Virus record (IMG/VR): IMGVR_UViG_3300022602_000038
Location: 64,001-128,000 of that record
Direction: 5' to 3' (one strand)
Source: a virus
DNA length: 64,000 nt
Shown here in pieces: positions 8,716 through 19,622 of the stretch (positions are counted from its first letter, which is position 1; every line of letters starts with the position of its first letter). Both the position numbers and the translations under genes were made by a program. Below the pieces are notes generated by a model. The model had not been told where the DNA came from. It saw only the letters and a list, made by a program, of their open reading frames with translations, and did no database searches.

Positions 8716-11097
8716 ATGGCATCACTACGTACAATTCAATCCCCAGGTGTAGAAATTCGTGAAATTGACCTTTCTACAAGAGCAGTAACACCAGCAGGTA
8801 CTAACGTTTTAGTAACTGGTTTCGCTCCACAAGGTCCAACTTACGAAGTTGTAACACTCGCTTCTTTAAGCGATTTCCAAACCGTATTCGGCACACCAAC
8901 AAACGCTGCAGAACGTTATTTCTACTATTCTGTAAATCAGCTTTTCACAGCTGGTGGTAATCCTACTATTCAAGCTGTTAGATTACCTTACGGTGCAGGT
9001 ACCGGTGCAGGTACGTCAAGCAATTATAGTGCATTAGCATTCCCAGTAGTTGCGGTTCCTTCTAATACTTCAACATATGGTGCAGCTGCTGCAGTCGCGG
9101 GTACAATTCCACTTAGCTCTGCTCAAGGTTATTATCTTGGTGCACCAGCTCTTGTTTCTTTAACAGAAGCTCAATACAATACAATTACTCAAGGCGGTAT
9201 TCCTTGGACAACAACAACCGGTAATGCTGGTTTAAGTAGCTTTATTCTTTCTGGTGCTGGTGTAGTTAACAGTCTTAGTGCTGCTGGTTTAGTTATTGTT
9301 AACTCTTCAAAAGCTACTATCGATGAAATGTTTAACGGTTATTATTTAAACATTGGTGACGGTTATAGCAATAACCCAACATCTGATTATGATGATGTAG
9401 TTCAAATAGAAACAATCACCAGCAACTACTTTGTTGATGGCCAGACAGCAAATCTTTCACCTTACACGACAGTACCTAATACTCGTTTAGGTTTTACATT
9501 AAGCGCAACTTACGTTCAAAACATTGGTAGTATTTCAAGAGATATTGAAAATATTCCAACATTTAACATTGCTGCATCAGGTTATAGCGATAATGTTATC
9601 ATTTCGCTCTTTAAAGTGCGTCCAAGTCCATTCTCACCTGGCGCTACAACGTTATCATACGTATTACAAGAATCTTATACAGGTTCCTTCTACTCTCAAC
9701 GTTTACAGCAAGATCCAAACGGTGGTGTTCCAACATCTCTTTACTTGCCAACATTAGCTGCAAATTCTGCTAACCTAGAAGTACTTGTTAACCCGAATAT
9801 CTCTAGCTTAACAAATTGGTTAGATGCTAATGGTAACTCTACTAAGAGAGTAAGAATTTATAAGCCAAATACGCTTAGCACGATGGCTGCTACTCTCTCA
9901 ACAGATCCAGATTACACTTATTATACAGCAGCCTCTGCTTACCTAAGTGTTGCAGCTGGTACATTCTTACCTGCTAACAGTCTGTTCCCACTTGGTGTAT
10001 TTGCTGATACATTACCATTAATTAGCTCTAAGGCTGTTGGTAACGTTTCTGCTAAATTAAATTACGTATTAGAAAACGTAGCAGCAAATCCAGATCTAGT
10101 ACCAATTGATATTACAGTTGATGCTGGTCTTTCAACGATTTATGCAGGTACTCAAGTACTTGGTACATCTCAATTCGATGATAACGCTATAAGTTCAACA
10201 TTAACTGCGCAAGTTAACGCTCTTACAGCTTCTAACGGTAACCCAGTAAGCAATACATTAATACAGAGCTGGAATACAATTACTTCTCAGTTCTTAAACT
10301 TTGCAACATCTGAACGTAAAGATCATATCTTTATTTCTGACCCATTACGTTATATTTTCGTAACAGGCTCAAGCTTTAAGACGCTTAATGATATTGTAAA
10401 CAATAACTTCTCGCAAAACATTTACTGGCCACTACGTAACTCGTATGCTGGGTTTAATTCAAGCTATGGTGTAGCATATGGTAACTGGGTACAAGCTCAG
10501 GACATCTTTACATCTCAATCAGTTTGGTTACCATTCTCGGGGTATGCAGCAGCAATGATAACAGCTAGCGATAGCAACAATTATCAATGGACAGCTCCTG
10601 CAGGTCTTAACCGCGGTATTATCAACGGTCTTTCAGATCTCGGTGTTAACCCACAACAGAAACAACGGGACTTACTTTACAAGTCCTCAATTAACCCTGT
10701 TGTATACTTCCCAAATCAAGGATATACAGTATTTGGTCAAAAGACTCTATTAACAAACCCAAGCGCATTCGATCGTATTAATGTACGTCGTTTATTCTTG
10801 TTCCTTGAAAAGACAGCTCAAGCAACGTTAAAGTATTTCGTATTTGAACCAAACACTACATTCACTCGTAGTAGAGTAGTTAATACATTAACACCTGTAT
10901 TTGAGTTAGCTAAGAATACACAAGGTCTATATGACTACTTAATCGTATGTAATGAAACTAACAACACTCCAGATGTTATCGATGATAATACACTTGTTGT
11001 TGACATTTACATTAAACCAGTTCGTACTGCAGAGTTTATCTTAGTTAACTTCTACGCTACTAAGACATCTCAAAACTTTACTGAACTACTACAGTAA
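8716..11097 (+). CDS. Tail sheath protein (T4 gp18-like)
   Basis: 'SPGVEIREIDLS', 'APAGLNRG', 'FGQKTL', 'FDRINVRRLF', 'FEPN', 'IYIKPVRTAEFI.VNF'. Confidence 0.97.
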   Translation: MASLRTIQSPGVEIREIDLSTRAVTPAGTNVLVTGFAPQGPTYEVVTLASLSDFQTVFGTPTNAAERYFYYSVNQLFTAGGNPTIQAVRLPYGAGTGAGTSSNYSALAFPVVAVPSNTSTYGAAAAVAGTIPLSSAQGYYLGAPALVSLTEAQYNTITQGGIPWTTTTGNAGLSSFILSGAGVVNSLSAAGLVIVNSSKATIDEMFNGYYLNIGDGYSNNPTSDYDDVVQIETITSNYFVDGQTANLSPYTTVPNTRLGFTLSATYVQNIGSISRDIENIPTFNIAASGYSDNVIISLFKVRPSPFSPGATTLSYVLQESYTGSFYSQRLQQDPNGGVPTSLYLPTLAANSANLEVLVNPNISSLTNWLDANGNSTKRVRIYKPNTLSTMAATLSTDPDYTYYTAASAYLSVAAGTFLPANSLFPLGVFADTLPLISSKAVGNVSAKLNYVLENVAANPDLVPIDITVDAGLSTIYAGTQVLGTSQFDDNAISSTLTAQVNALTASNGNPVSNTLIQSWNTITSQFLNFATSERKDHIFISDPLRYIFVTGSSFKTLNDIVNNNFSQNIYWPLRNSYAGFNSSYGVAYGNWVQAQDIFTSQSVWLPFSGYAAAMITASDSNNYQWTAPAGLNRGIINGLSDLGVNPQQKQRDLLYKSSINPVVYFPNQGYTVFGQKTLLTNPSAFDRINVRRLFLFLEKTAQATLKYFVFEPNTTFTRSRVVNTLTPVFELAKNTQGLYDYLIVCNETNNTPDVIDDNTLVVDIYIKPVRTAEFILVNFYATKTSQNFTELLQ

Positions 11098-11132
11098 CTC
11101 TTACAACTTTAATAGTAAATATTTAAAACATT

Positions 11133-11669
11133 ATGCCACAGACAATACAAGACTTCTACAGGGTAGCACAACAGCGCGGATTCGCACGTGATTTCATGAT
11201 GAGAGTTCGCTCTATTGGTGAGACATCATTTAACGAAGACGATTTTGTGTATGTTACCACCAAAACTCTTCCAGGGCGCGATATTACTAATCAGGCAGTA
11301 GCTTATATGGGGTTAAGTTTTAATGCTCCTGGTACAGTTAAGTACCCAGGTTCAGAAGGCTGGACTTTAAGATTCCGTGCTGATAGAAATGGTATTATTC
11401 GTCAAAAATTAGAAAACTGGCAAATTAATGAAGTGTTTGATGATTCAACAAGTACTGGAGATTTAAGTCTACGTGGTACTGATAAAGTCATTCAACTTGA
11501 CTTAATTGATGAAAGCCAAAACGTTCTTAATACATACAAGCTATTTGGTGTATACATTCAAAGCATTGCAGAAGTAACAGGTTATGATAATGCTGGTGAT
11601 GGTAAACCATTAGAATTTGATGTAAAATTAGCTTATCAGTATTGGAGACATGAAGCTCAAACATCATAA
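11133..11669 (+). CDS. Major tail tube protein (gp19-like)
   Basis: Follows the sheath gene; 'LPG...PG.V....W', 'F.V.LAYQYW'; TAAATA at 11116-11121 and a terminator after it. Confidence 0.85.
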   Translation: MPQTIQDFYRVAQQRGFARDFMMRVRSIGETSFNEDDFVYVTTKTLPGRDITNQAVAYMGLSFNAPGTVKYPGSEGWTLRFRADRNGIIRQKLENWQINEVFDDSTSTGDLSLRGTDKVIQLDLIDESQNVLNTYKLFGVYIQSIAEVTGYDNAGDGKPLEFDVKLAYQYWRHEAQTS

Positions 11670-11690
11670 TTAAAGTACTTTAATTATACT

Positions 11691-11718
11691 AAAAGCCCTG
11701 GTAAAACAGGGCTTTTTT
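11691..11718 (+). terminator. Rho-independent terminator
   Basis: aaaagccctg-gtaaaa-cagggctttttt. Confidence 0.85.
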
Positions 11719-11743
11719 ATTGTTCGTACATTAAGTATTAATA

Positions 11744-12457
11744 ATGGCCTTAGGTAATGGAATAATAGATTTTTATAAAACAGCAACATCTAAAGGATTT
11801 GCTAGAGCAAATCTATTTAGAGTTAAGCAAATCACCAATCAAGTATTTGATGAGGTTTCTAACGATACTACTGCTAATCTATATCTCTATGTACAGGAAG
11901 GAACAATACCTGCCCGTAATATATCCACTGCTACAGTAGACTTTAAATCGTTTAAGTTCAATATACCAATGGCAGCAAATTACCCAGATTCCGGTGGTGG
12001 TTGGACTGTAACGTTTTTCTGTGATAAAGAGTACATACTAAGAGAAGTTCTGGAAAATTGGTCGGTAGGAACCTTTGATGAGCATTCCGGTGTAGCAGCA
12101 TTACCGAATTGGTGGGACTGTGATGTAGTTTTATCAGTACTAGATAACTCAAGTACGTCTCAAAATAGTTTAGTAGGCTCTGTTTTAAATATATTAGGTA
12201 TTGGTGGAGCAACAAGTGCACCAGGTGGTCAAGACTACTTACAAGAAATAAGAACATACACTCTTAAAGGCGCTTTCCCAACCGCTATTTCAAGTATAGG
12301 TTATAAAATGGCAGATGGTGGTACTATTGCTACTGCGTCTGTTAATGTAGCATTTCAATATGTTATATCAGAAAATTTAAATAGTGGTGGTAGTAGCAAT
12401 ACTAATGAGTTAAATTTATTAACTAACGTAGTACAGCAAGTATTTAACATTCCGTAA
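11744..12457 (+). CDS. Tail tube protein paralog
   Basis: Shares 'I.DFY..A...GFAR' and 'Y.L.GAFP' with 11133-11669. Confidence 0.75.
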   Translation: MALGNGIIDFYKTATSKGFARANLFRVKQITNQVFDEVSNDTTANLYLYVQEGTIPARNISTATVDFKSFKFNIPMAANYPDSGGGWTVTFFCDKEYILREVLENWSVGTFDEHSGVAALPNWWDCDVVLSVLDNSSTSQNSLVGSVLNILGIGGATSAPGGQDYLQEIRTYTLKGAFPTAISSIGYKMADGGTIATASVNVAFQYVISENLNSGGSSNTNELNLLTNVVQQVFNIP

Positions 12458-12459
12458 TT

Positions 12460-13059
12460 ATGGGTCAAATAACAAATCAGACTATTGCAGATTTTTACAG
12501 GCAAGCGCAAAAGGTTGGTTTTGCGCGAGACTTTCAATTTAAAGTAGTGGCGTTTAGAGTAAATGGTATTGAGTTAGGACCAAGAGATTTAGTATTTTTA
12601 AAAACAGCTAGTTTACCTGGTAAAACAATTAATACTGTAACTGCTAACTTCATGGGAGTAGACTTTCAAATACCTGGTACGGTTAAATACGATAACAATA
12701 ATAACTGGCAAGTAACATTCTATTGTACACAAGATTATCATGTAAGAAAGCTTTTAGAGTCGTCAATGTCAGATACGTTTAATATAAGAACGTCTACTGG
12801 TAATATGGAGCCTAGAGATCCTACATTAAATGTTATAAAACTATCCTTAGTAGACGATCAATTAAATGAAATTAGAACATATATACTACACGGCGCTTTT
12901 GTTACTGGTGTAGGAGATATGGGGTTTGATGCTACTAAAGATGGCGGAGTACAAGAGGTTTCAGCTACAATAGCGTATCAGTATTGGACTACAGCTCCAA
13001 GCTCAGATATTTCAGAAATAGAAGATGTAATAAACATAGCAGAATCTTTATTAGGTTAA
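12460..13059 (+). CDS. Tail tube protein paralog
   Basis: 'IADFYRQAQKVGFARDF', 'LPGK', 'IPGTVKY', 'IAYQYW'. Confidence 0.8.
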   Translation: MGQITNQTIADFYRQAQKVGFARDFQFKVVAFRVNGIELGPRDLVFLKTASLPGKTINTVTANFMGVDFQIPGTVKYDNNNNWQVTFYCTQDYHVRKLLESSMSDTFNIRTSTGNMEPRDPTLNVIKLSLVDDQLNEIRTYILHGAFVTGVGDMGFDATKDGGVQEVSATIAYQYWTTAPSSDISEIEDVINIAESLLG

Positions 13060-13063
13060 CATT

Positions 13064-13819
13064 ATGGCATATATTATAGGTCCAAACGCTCAAATAGTAC
13101 CGTACGGTTCTTTACAAAATAGGAACGGTATAGGGTCTGACGTACAGTCGTTTTTAAGCTTTTTAAGTTCTCCAGACACTCAAATACCGTTACAGTCTAA
13201 CTTTCTCATAGTATTTGATAGATTACCTGGAGCGTTTCTTAACGGTAATACATTTCCGGCCTCTTTTGAAAATCAGTGGAATATACAAAACACACAAGAC
13301 GCTTTAATACAGGTAATTACATCTAATCAAAACTCACCGTTCGGTGGTTATGCTTGTTTATTTGCACAAGGGTTTTCCTCTCCTACTGAAAATGTAGATA
13401 TAGCTCGTCAAAACGTATTATCTGGACCTTCTGGTGGTTTAATAGGTGGTCTTACTAGTGCGGGTAGAGCGCCTTTTAATAGTTTAGATATAGACTTTTT
13501 AGAAACCAACAGTTCTTTTATAGACTTTGTTATTAGACCGTGGGTAGCGCTGATTGGACATTATGGGTTAATAAATAGAGATCCTAACTCAGCTCAAAAC
13601 GTAAAAGCAGATATTTCAGCAGTATTGTTTGATAAAAATAACAACAACAATATAAGAAAAATATTTTCGTTTAAAGGTTGTGCACCTACAGGAGTAGGTA
13701 CCATAGCACATGTATATGGAGACGATAGAGCATCTACAGCAAATAAAGTATCTTTCCAATACAACACGTACGGTATAAGCTACAGCTCTGGTACTGCTTC
13801 CGGTGGATTGTCTTATTAA
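13064..13819 (+). CDS. Baseplate-tail tube initiator (gp54-like, tube fold)
   Basis: 'L.IDFLET', 'F.GCAP', 'VSFQY' tube-fold motifs; position in the module. Confidence 0.5.
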   Translation: MAYIIGPNAQIVPYGSLQNRNGIGSDVQSFLSFLSSPDTQIPLQSNFLIVFDRLPGAFLNGNTFPASFENQWNIQNTQDALIQVITSNQNSPFGGYACLFAQGFSSPTENVDIARQNVLSGPSGGLIGGLTSAGRAPFNSLDIDFLETNSSFIDFVIRPWVALIGHYGLINRDPNSAQNVKADISAVLFDKNNNNNIRKIFSFKGCAPTGVGTIAHVYGDDRASTANKVSFQYNTYGISYSSGTASGGLSY

Positions 13820-13839
13820 GTAGATATTTTTACTGGTTA

Positions 13840-13847
13840 TATAAATA
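13840..13847 (+). promoter_or_regulatory. T4-type late promoter TATAAATA
   Basis: Exact T4 late consensus 10 nt before ATG 13858. Confidence 0.65.
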
Positions 13848-13857
13848 AAATATAACT

Positions 13858-14796
13858 ATGGGATTTGTTTATGGAGTTAAACTACCGGGCCTTGATAAAA
13901 AAATATGGGCAAAAGAACTTACATCTAAGTTGTATAGAGATTTAGTTAAATCCCTTTATAACACTGATAGTACAGCGTTTTTACAACATCTTAACTTTAT
14001 AATTGAACACGTTTCTCCCGGGATACTACAAGAAGACCTTAATGTTATAGATAAGGTTATTCTTTTACTTAATATGAGAGCAATTTCTATTAATCCGGAT
14101 CTTAAATTGAAAGCAACTTGCCCTATAACAAAGAAAGAATTTGAAAAAAATATAAAGATAGAAGAAGTATTGAGTAAATTTGAAAACTTTAAATATAATG
14201 GTAATGTTGAATGTGATGGAATAAAGATATCTCACAGCATTATTAAAGCAAAAGACGAATTTAATTTTATAGATATAGATCAAGAAAAGTTATTTTCCTA
14301 CCGTCTTGCGTCTAGTATTGATAGTATTTGTGTTGATAATAAAGATATACTATTTAAAGACCTTTCATTTGAGGAAAGAGTGCAGGTTGTAGAAACGTTA
14401 CCGTTAAACGTAACAACTAAAGTGCAGGAATCTTTAAGCAGTATTGAAGAAGAGTTATCCAAAACAAAGCTACTTTCAATACATTCTCCGTTTGCAAAGG
14501 TATATGTTGTAGATATACCAGTTTCAACTAATGTGGTTGTTTTACTTGAGTTTTGTAAATCAGTCTTTAATGACGATCTAGGCAACTTGTATAGGTTAAA
14601 TTTTAATTTAGTTAATAAAGCAGGTTTTACACCGGAATACGCTGATAGTATACCACCATCAGAACAATTACTTTATTGGATGTATTTTGTACAACAAGCA
14701 CAAAAAGAACAACAAGCGGCAGAAGGCACCTCTAGTAACAATCCGTCATTTAACGGTAGTAAGGTCGGGGTAGAAACACCAAGTGAATTCACTTGA
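13858..14796 (+). CDS. Baseplate hub assembly protein (gp26/gp51-like)
   Basis: 'LNVIDK..LLL.MRAISI', 'CP', and a C-terminal 'L......FTPEY.DS.PP.E..LY' gp51-like tail; upstream of the tape measure. Confidence 0.55.
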   Translation: MGFVYGVKLPGLDKKIWAKELTSKLYRDLVKSLYNTDSTAFLQHLNFIIEHVSPGILQEDLNVIDKVILLLNMRAISINPDLKLKATCPITKKEFEKNIKIEEVLSKFENFKYNGNVECDGIKISHSIIKAKDEFNFIDIDQEKLFSYRLASSIDSICVDNKDILFKDLSFEERVQVVETLPLNVTTKVQESLSSIEEELSKTKLLSIHSPFAKVYVVDIPVSTNVVVLLEFCKSVFNDDLGNLYRLNFNLVNKAGFTPEYADSIPPSEQLLYWMYFVQQAQKEQQAAEGTSSNNPSFNGSKVGVETPSEFT

Positions 14797-14826
14797 AAAC
14801 CAGATTCTTTTAGTAAATCTATATAA

Positions 14827-15636
14827 ATGAGCAGTAATTTTAATAACATTATTTCCGTACTGGATACAATTAATAAGAACGCAACTGTACCAGTATATAT
14901 ACCTAGTTTAAAAAGAGAAGTAAAGTTTAAAAATCTCAACACCGGTCAACAGAAGAACCTTTTAAAAGCAGCAGTTGATAACCCTGTATTTCAAACACGT
15001 TTTACTATTGCCTTGTATAATATTATTGTAGAGAATTGCACTGAGAAAGACATATTAATTTCTTTAACAACTATAGATAGTGCTGCAATTGCTGTACAGC
15101 TTAAGATAGCTGCAAGCGGTGCAACCTACACATTAAATCAAAATGATAAAAAATACAAGATTGACCTTCAATCTGTTGTAGACAAATTTAAGGCTTCTTC
15201 TACTCTTGATCCTGAAACTATTTCAGACACTCCTTTTACTGTACAGGTCGGTATGCCTTTATTTGTAGAACAATACAATCTAGAAAAACAACTTAGAGAA
15301 AAAGATTTAAATGATCAACAAGTTGTAAACACTCAATTAACAGAAACAATTGGTGATGCATTTATTGGGGAAGTATCAAAGTTTATTAAAGAAATTAGTG
15401 TATTTCATGATAATACAGATGAGTCTCTTGGTTATAAGTCTTTACCGTTTACCAAACGACACACTATATTAGAAAAAATTCCTACTACAGTTATTAAGAA
15501 CGTGTTAAATTATATGGAAAAATACGTTTCTATACAGAAGGATATATTAACTGTTACTGGAACGGATATAGATACTGAAGAAACTGTTAGTGATTTGTTA
15601 CTTTCTATTGATACTACCTTGTTTGTTGTTAACTAA
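14827..15636 (+). CDS. Baseplate hub subunit (gp26-like)
   Basis: 'IPSLKREVKFK.L..GQQK.LL.A', 'LTTID..AI.VQLK..SG'. Confidence 0.65.
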   Translation: MSSNFNNIISVLDTINKNATVPVYIPSLKREVKFKNLNTGQQKNLLKAAVDNPVFQTRFTIALYNIIVENCTEKDILISLTTIDSAAIAVQLKIAASGATYTLNQNDKKYKIDLQSVVDKFKASSTLDPETISDTPFTVQVGMPLFVEQYNLEKQLREKDLNDQQVVNTQLTETIGDAFIGEVSKFIKEISVFHDNTDESLGYKSLPFTKRHTILEKIPTTVIKNVLNYMEKYVSIQKDILTVTGTDIDTEETVSDLLLSIDTTLFVVN

Positions 15637-15675
15637 TAATACTTAAGAGGTACATCTGGTACCTAAGTATTTAAT

Positions 15676-18381
15676 ATGGCAGATACTAACAAGGATAAAG
15701 GAGTAGCACCAGCTAAGCCTGCAGCTACATCTAAAACAGCTGATGCTGGCCCTATACCTAAAAAGTGGTTAGATAGTATGCTCGCTCAATCTAAGGATTT
15801 ACCGAAAGGTTTAGAAGCAATACAAAAACAGTTATCTACAGGAGATACAAGAGTTGTTAATCAATTAGTGTTGCAAACTGCTGTTTTAAATGATATAGCT
15901 AAAGCTGTTGGTCCGGATCTTAGAAACACTTTACTTGATACTTTTAAATCGTTTAAAAAAGATACTCAAGATAAAGAAGAAGAGAAAACATACAAAGACC
16001 GTAAAAAACAAAAAGATAAAGAAAAAGCTGATGATGAAACTAAATTGGTGAAAGATTTAGGCAATGTTGTGTCTAAAGCTACAAAACAATCTACAGGAGA
16101 TGAAAGTGAAGCTGCTAATAAAGCAGCTTTAGAAGCAAAAATTGCTAATGCAGAAAGCGGTAAAGTTGAAGTAACGCCTACTACTATAGTTGGTATAAAA
16201 AAAGAAGTAGCAGAAGAATTAGGCAAGTCTATTGCTTTAGCTTTAAAAGGAATAAAAACAGATACTGGTGGAGTAGCAGGCTTCTTCACGACAATAGTAA
16301 ATGCAGTAAAATCTCTAGGACCTGCCTTAGCTTCTTTAGGTAAAGGTTTAGGGAACGGGTTTGCCGGTCTAGGTAAAGGTATTGGTGCAGGTATAGCAGG
16401 AGTAGGTAAAGGAATTGGTGGTTTCTTGGCAGGTATTGGGGAAGGATTTAAAATACTAGGACCTGGCTTAAAAGCTTTTGCAAACCCTCAAGCTGCTATA
16501 GGTTTAGGTTTAGTGGTGCTTGCTATAAACGGTTTAGCTTTAGCTTTAAGATTAGCTGCACCTGCAATAGCAGCAGCAATGCCGTTCTTCGTAAAATTAG
16601 CAGAAGTATTAGGTACAGTACTAATGCACGCAATAGATAAGATACCTGATATGATTAAAGCCGTAGGGGTCGCTATTGGAACTGTATTAACTATGGCCGG
16701 GCCTGTAATTATACAACTTACTAAGGTTATAGGTACGTATTTAATTAATGTTATAAAAAATATTGGTACTACTATTGAAAATTTAGTTAAAATAGCAGGT
16801 CCATTTATTGTACAAATTGTTAAAATAGTTAAAGAAGCAGTGGTACAATTAGCGCCTTACGTGGTACAGATAGTTAAAACTGTTAAAGATGCATTTGTAC
16901 AGTTGGCTCCTTTTGCAGTACAAATTATTAAACTGTTTAAAGAAACTGTTGCCATAGTAATGCCGTACATATTAGAATTAGGTAGAGCTATTAAAGATAT
17001 ACTCGTTACAGCTTTAGATCTTTTAAAACCAGTATTACTAGCATTAGTACCTATATTAGACAAAGTAGTAACGTTTTTAGGTACAAACTTAACTGAAGCT
17101 ATAAAATATGTCGGACCAGTACTAAAAGATTTGAGTGAAAGTATAAAGATTGCAGTTGCCGGTTTATCTGACATATTAACTGGAGTAATTACTCTTGCAA
17201 CTCATTTGGTTGACGATATAAAAGATATATTTGTTAAGGGGGTAGATGGTATAACGGATTTAGTACATACAATAGGAGATACAGTACAGGGCTCTATTAA
17301 AGCTATTGGAGATTCTATTGTTAATGTAATTAACACGGTTACTGATAGTATTGTTCGTTTAAGTACAGTAAGTGGAGATAAATTAAAAGAAACAGCAGGT
17401 GGTATAGCAGCAGTTGCTGGTGCTATGGCTTTATTTGCAGGTGGAGCAGTAGCAAGTGGTTTTGGAAACCTTATAGGTGGTTTAGCTTCTAAGATAGGTG
17501 GTCAAAAGCCTCCTTTAGAGCAACTAATAGCTATAGGAGAACAAGCAGATAATTTCACTAAGGTAGCTGATGGACTGAAGCAAGTAAAAGAAAGTATGAT
17601 CTCTTTTAGTGGTCTTAAAGTAGATTTAGATCCTATTAAAAAGTTTGCAGACGTAATAGGTGTACTTAAAGATAAATTATCAAATACGGTAGGTAGCGTA
17701 TTTAGCGGAATTACAAGTAAAGTAACTGGTACTAATCCGTTAGATTTAATAGTTAGTATAGCAGATCACGCTGATAGTATAGATGATGTGGCTGATAGTA
17801 TTAAATCTCTTATTGATAATTTTAACAAGGCAGATGTTGCAAAAATAACTGCTGTAATGGCAGCACTTGCAATGACTCCAACTCAAGCTGCTGTTTTAAC
17901 TCAAACAGCAGCTGCTCCAAGTACTCCTGCTACTCAAACAGCAGCTGCTCCAAGTACTCCTGCTACTCAAACAGCAGCTAGTGTAAGCGGAGCAAGCGAA
18001 AGCGCTACAACTACAACTAGCCAAACAACCAAAGTTAATACCGTAAATGAACAGGTAACTAATCTTAACAAATTATCTACTCAAGCAGCTACACCATCAG
18101 TAGAAGTACCGCAAATGAGAGAAGTTAATGAAAACCTTCAACTTGTAGCAGCTAAACTAGATAGTTTAATAAAATTAACTCAAGTTCAAATCGAAATTGA
18201 AACTAAAGATACAAGAAAAGGAGAAGCAAGTATAGCGTCTACTACAACTAGTACAAATCAAGTTATTTCTAATAGTAATCCTAACATTACTATAAACGGA
18301 GATTCCGGTAATAGAGACATTCCTTACCTAGAACGTAATAAGTATAGACAAACCTTAATGTACACAAGAGGATTATTATAA
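15676..18381 (+). CDS. Tape measure protein
   Basis: 901 aa, Ala/Gly/Leu-rich helical segments with ~11-residue periodicity and a hydrophobic segment; position after the hub genes. Confidence 0.8.
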   Translation: MADTNKDKGVAPAKPAATSKTADAGPIPKKWLDSMLAQSKDLPKGLEAIQKQLSTGDTRVVNQLVLQTAVLNDIAKAVGPDLRNTLLDTFKSFKKDTQDKEEEKTYKDRKKQKDKEKADDETKLVKDLGNVVSKATKQSTGDESEAANKAALEAKIANAESGKVEVTPTTIVGIKKEVAEELGKSIALALKGIKTDTGGVAGFFTTIVNAVKSLGPALASLGKGLGNGFAGLGKGIGAGIAGVGKGIGGFLAGIGEGFKILGPGLKAFANPQAAIGLGLVVLAINGLALALRLAAPAIAAAMPFFVKLAEVLGTVLMHAIDKIPDMIKAVGVAIGTVLTMAGPVIIQLTKVIGTYLINVIKNIGTTIENLVKIAGPFIVQIVKIVKEAVVQLAPYVVQIVKTVKDAFVQLAPFAVQIIKLFKETVAIVMPYILELGRAIKDILVTALDLLKPVLLALVPILDKVVTFLGTNLTEAIKYVGPVLKDLSESIKIAVAGLSDILTGVITLATHLVDDIKDIFVKGVDGITDLVHTIGDTVQGSIKAIGDSIVNVINTVTDSIVRLSTVSGDKLKETAGGIAAVAGAMALFAGGAVASGFGNLIGGLASKIGGQKPPLEQLIAIGEQADNFTKVADGLKQVKESMISFSGLKVDLDPIKKFADVIGVLKDKLSNTVGSVFSGITSKVTGTNPLDLIVSIADHADSIDDVADSIKSLIDNFNKADVAKITAVMAALAMTPTQAAVLTQTAAAPSTPATQTAAAPSTPATQTAASVSGASESATTTTSQTTKVNTVNEQVTNLNKLSTQAATPSVEVPQMREVNENLQLVAAKLDSLIKLTQVQIEIETKDTRKGEASIASTTTSTNQVISNSNPNITINGDSGNRDIPYLERNKYRQTLMYTRGLL
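17899..17979 (+). repeat. 33-bp tandem repeat (~2.5 copies; TQTAAAPSTPA)
   Basis: actcaaacagcagctgctccaagtactcctgct repeated. Confidence 0.9.
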
Positions 18382-18382
18382 C

Positions 18383-19621
18383 ATGGCCACTCCTTCTATA
18401 CCTAATTACAATCCTATACTATTTCAATGGAACTCTCCAACTAACGATTTAGGTTCTTTTGTATTAGGTCCTGTATCAAATGATAGTTATGATGAAAACG
18501 ATGTTAGCGGTGTAATAGATGTGTTTAACACTTTTGATTGGACTTTGACACCTCCAGATGGTCGCCAACATATACCTAAAGTTATATTAACTGAATATAG
18601 GCAGAATTTATCTAGTGAATTACAAGGTTATTTATATAGCGCGAGAGGTCAATTAACAAATGTACAAGTAGCAGCAGCTGTAGGTGCACCTGCTGGTCAA
18701 GCATTTACTAATAATGCTAGTACAGCTGTAAAAGATGTTACTAATAATAACGCATTAGGAGATATTGCACAAAAAGCTTTAAACACAGCCTCCCAACAGC
18801 TTCAAAAAATTAGTAATTCGGATGCAGTATCAAAGTTACCGGACTGGGCTACAGGACCTTTTTCTCCGTATGATGGTTTATATTCTATAGTACCAACAGG
18901 TTTTAGTTATGTTTTACCGTATTATTCAGACAATGGAACAGTGCAAGTTAGTAATCAATGGGGTGAAGCAGGTAGTGACTTTGTAAATGCAGCTGGTGGT
19001 GTTCTTGGTGGTTTAAAAACAATGTTAGGTGGTGGTAAAGGCGCAGAAGGCGGTACAGACGCAAAAACCTCGGGCGGACCTGGAGTAATAGGTAAATTAG
19101 TTCAAGGCGGTACTCAAGTGTTTAAAAACCTACCTGCTATGGGGTATGCTGCAACTGCTGGTGTATCTGTGGCAGAAAAACCTCAAGCGTATAAAGGTTC
19201 TTCAGCAATGGAAGATGCTGTTGTAGATTTTTATCTATATAATACAACAGATAGCGATGTTACAGCTATACAGAAAAACTGGGAGCTTTGTTACCTGTTA
19301 ACGTATCAAAATTTACCTAACAGAAAGGGTATTAATTTTCTCGATGCCCCTTGCTTGTATGAAGTAAAAATACCAGGTTATAAGTATCTACCTATAGCAA
19401 CTCTATCTAACATATCAGTTACAAATGTAGGTAATGTAAGGTTAATAGATATTACTACCGGCGAAGTTGTCAATAACGGTAATACAACTGGTCCTAAAAT
19501 TAAAATGATTCCTGAAGCGTATCATATAACTTTAACGTTTAAAGGTGTTTTAATTAATAGCCAAAACTTATTTTTGTTTAATGCTGATCCTGAACAATCA
19601 GTTAGTATAAGCGTATCATAA
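18383..19621 (+). CDS. Baseplate tail-tube cap (gp48-like)
   Basis: C-terminal tube-fold motifs 'F.LYNT', 'PCLYEV.IPG', 'IPEAY.ITLTF'; position. Confidence 0.5.
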   Translation: MATPSIPNYNPILFQWNSPTNDLGSFVLGPVSNDSYDENDVSGVIDVFNTFDWTLTPPDGRQHIPKVILTEYRQNLSSELQGYLYSARGQLTNVQVAAAVGAPAGQAFTNNASTAVKDVTNNNALGDIAQKALNTASQQLQKISNSDAVSKLPDWATGPFSPYDGLYSIVPTGFSYVLPYYSDNGTVQVSNQWGEAGSDFVNAAGGVLGGLKTMLGGGKGAEGGTDAKTSGGPGVIGKLVQGGTQVFKNLPAMGYAATAGVSVAEKPQAYKGSSAMEDAVVDFYLYNTTDSDVTAIQKNWELCYLLTYQNLPNRKGINFLDAPCLYEVKIPGYKYLPIATLSNISVTNVGNVRLIDITTGEVVNNGNTTGPKIKMIPEAYHITLTFKGVLINSQNLFLFNADPEQSVSISVS

Positions 19622-19622
19622 A

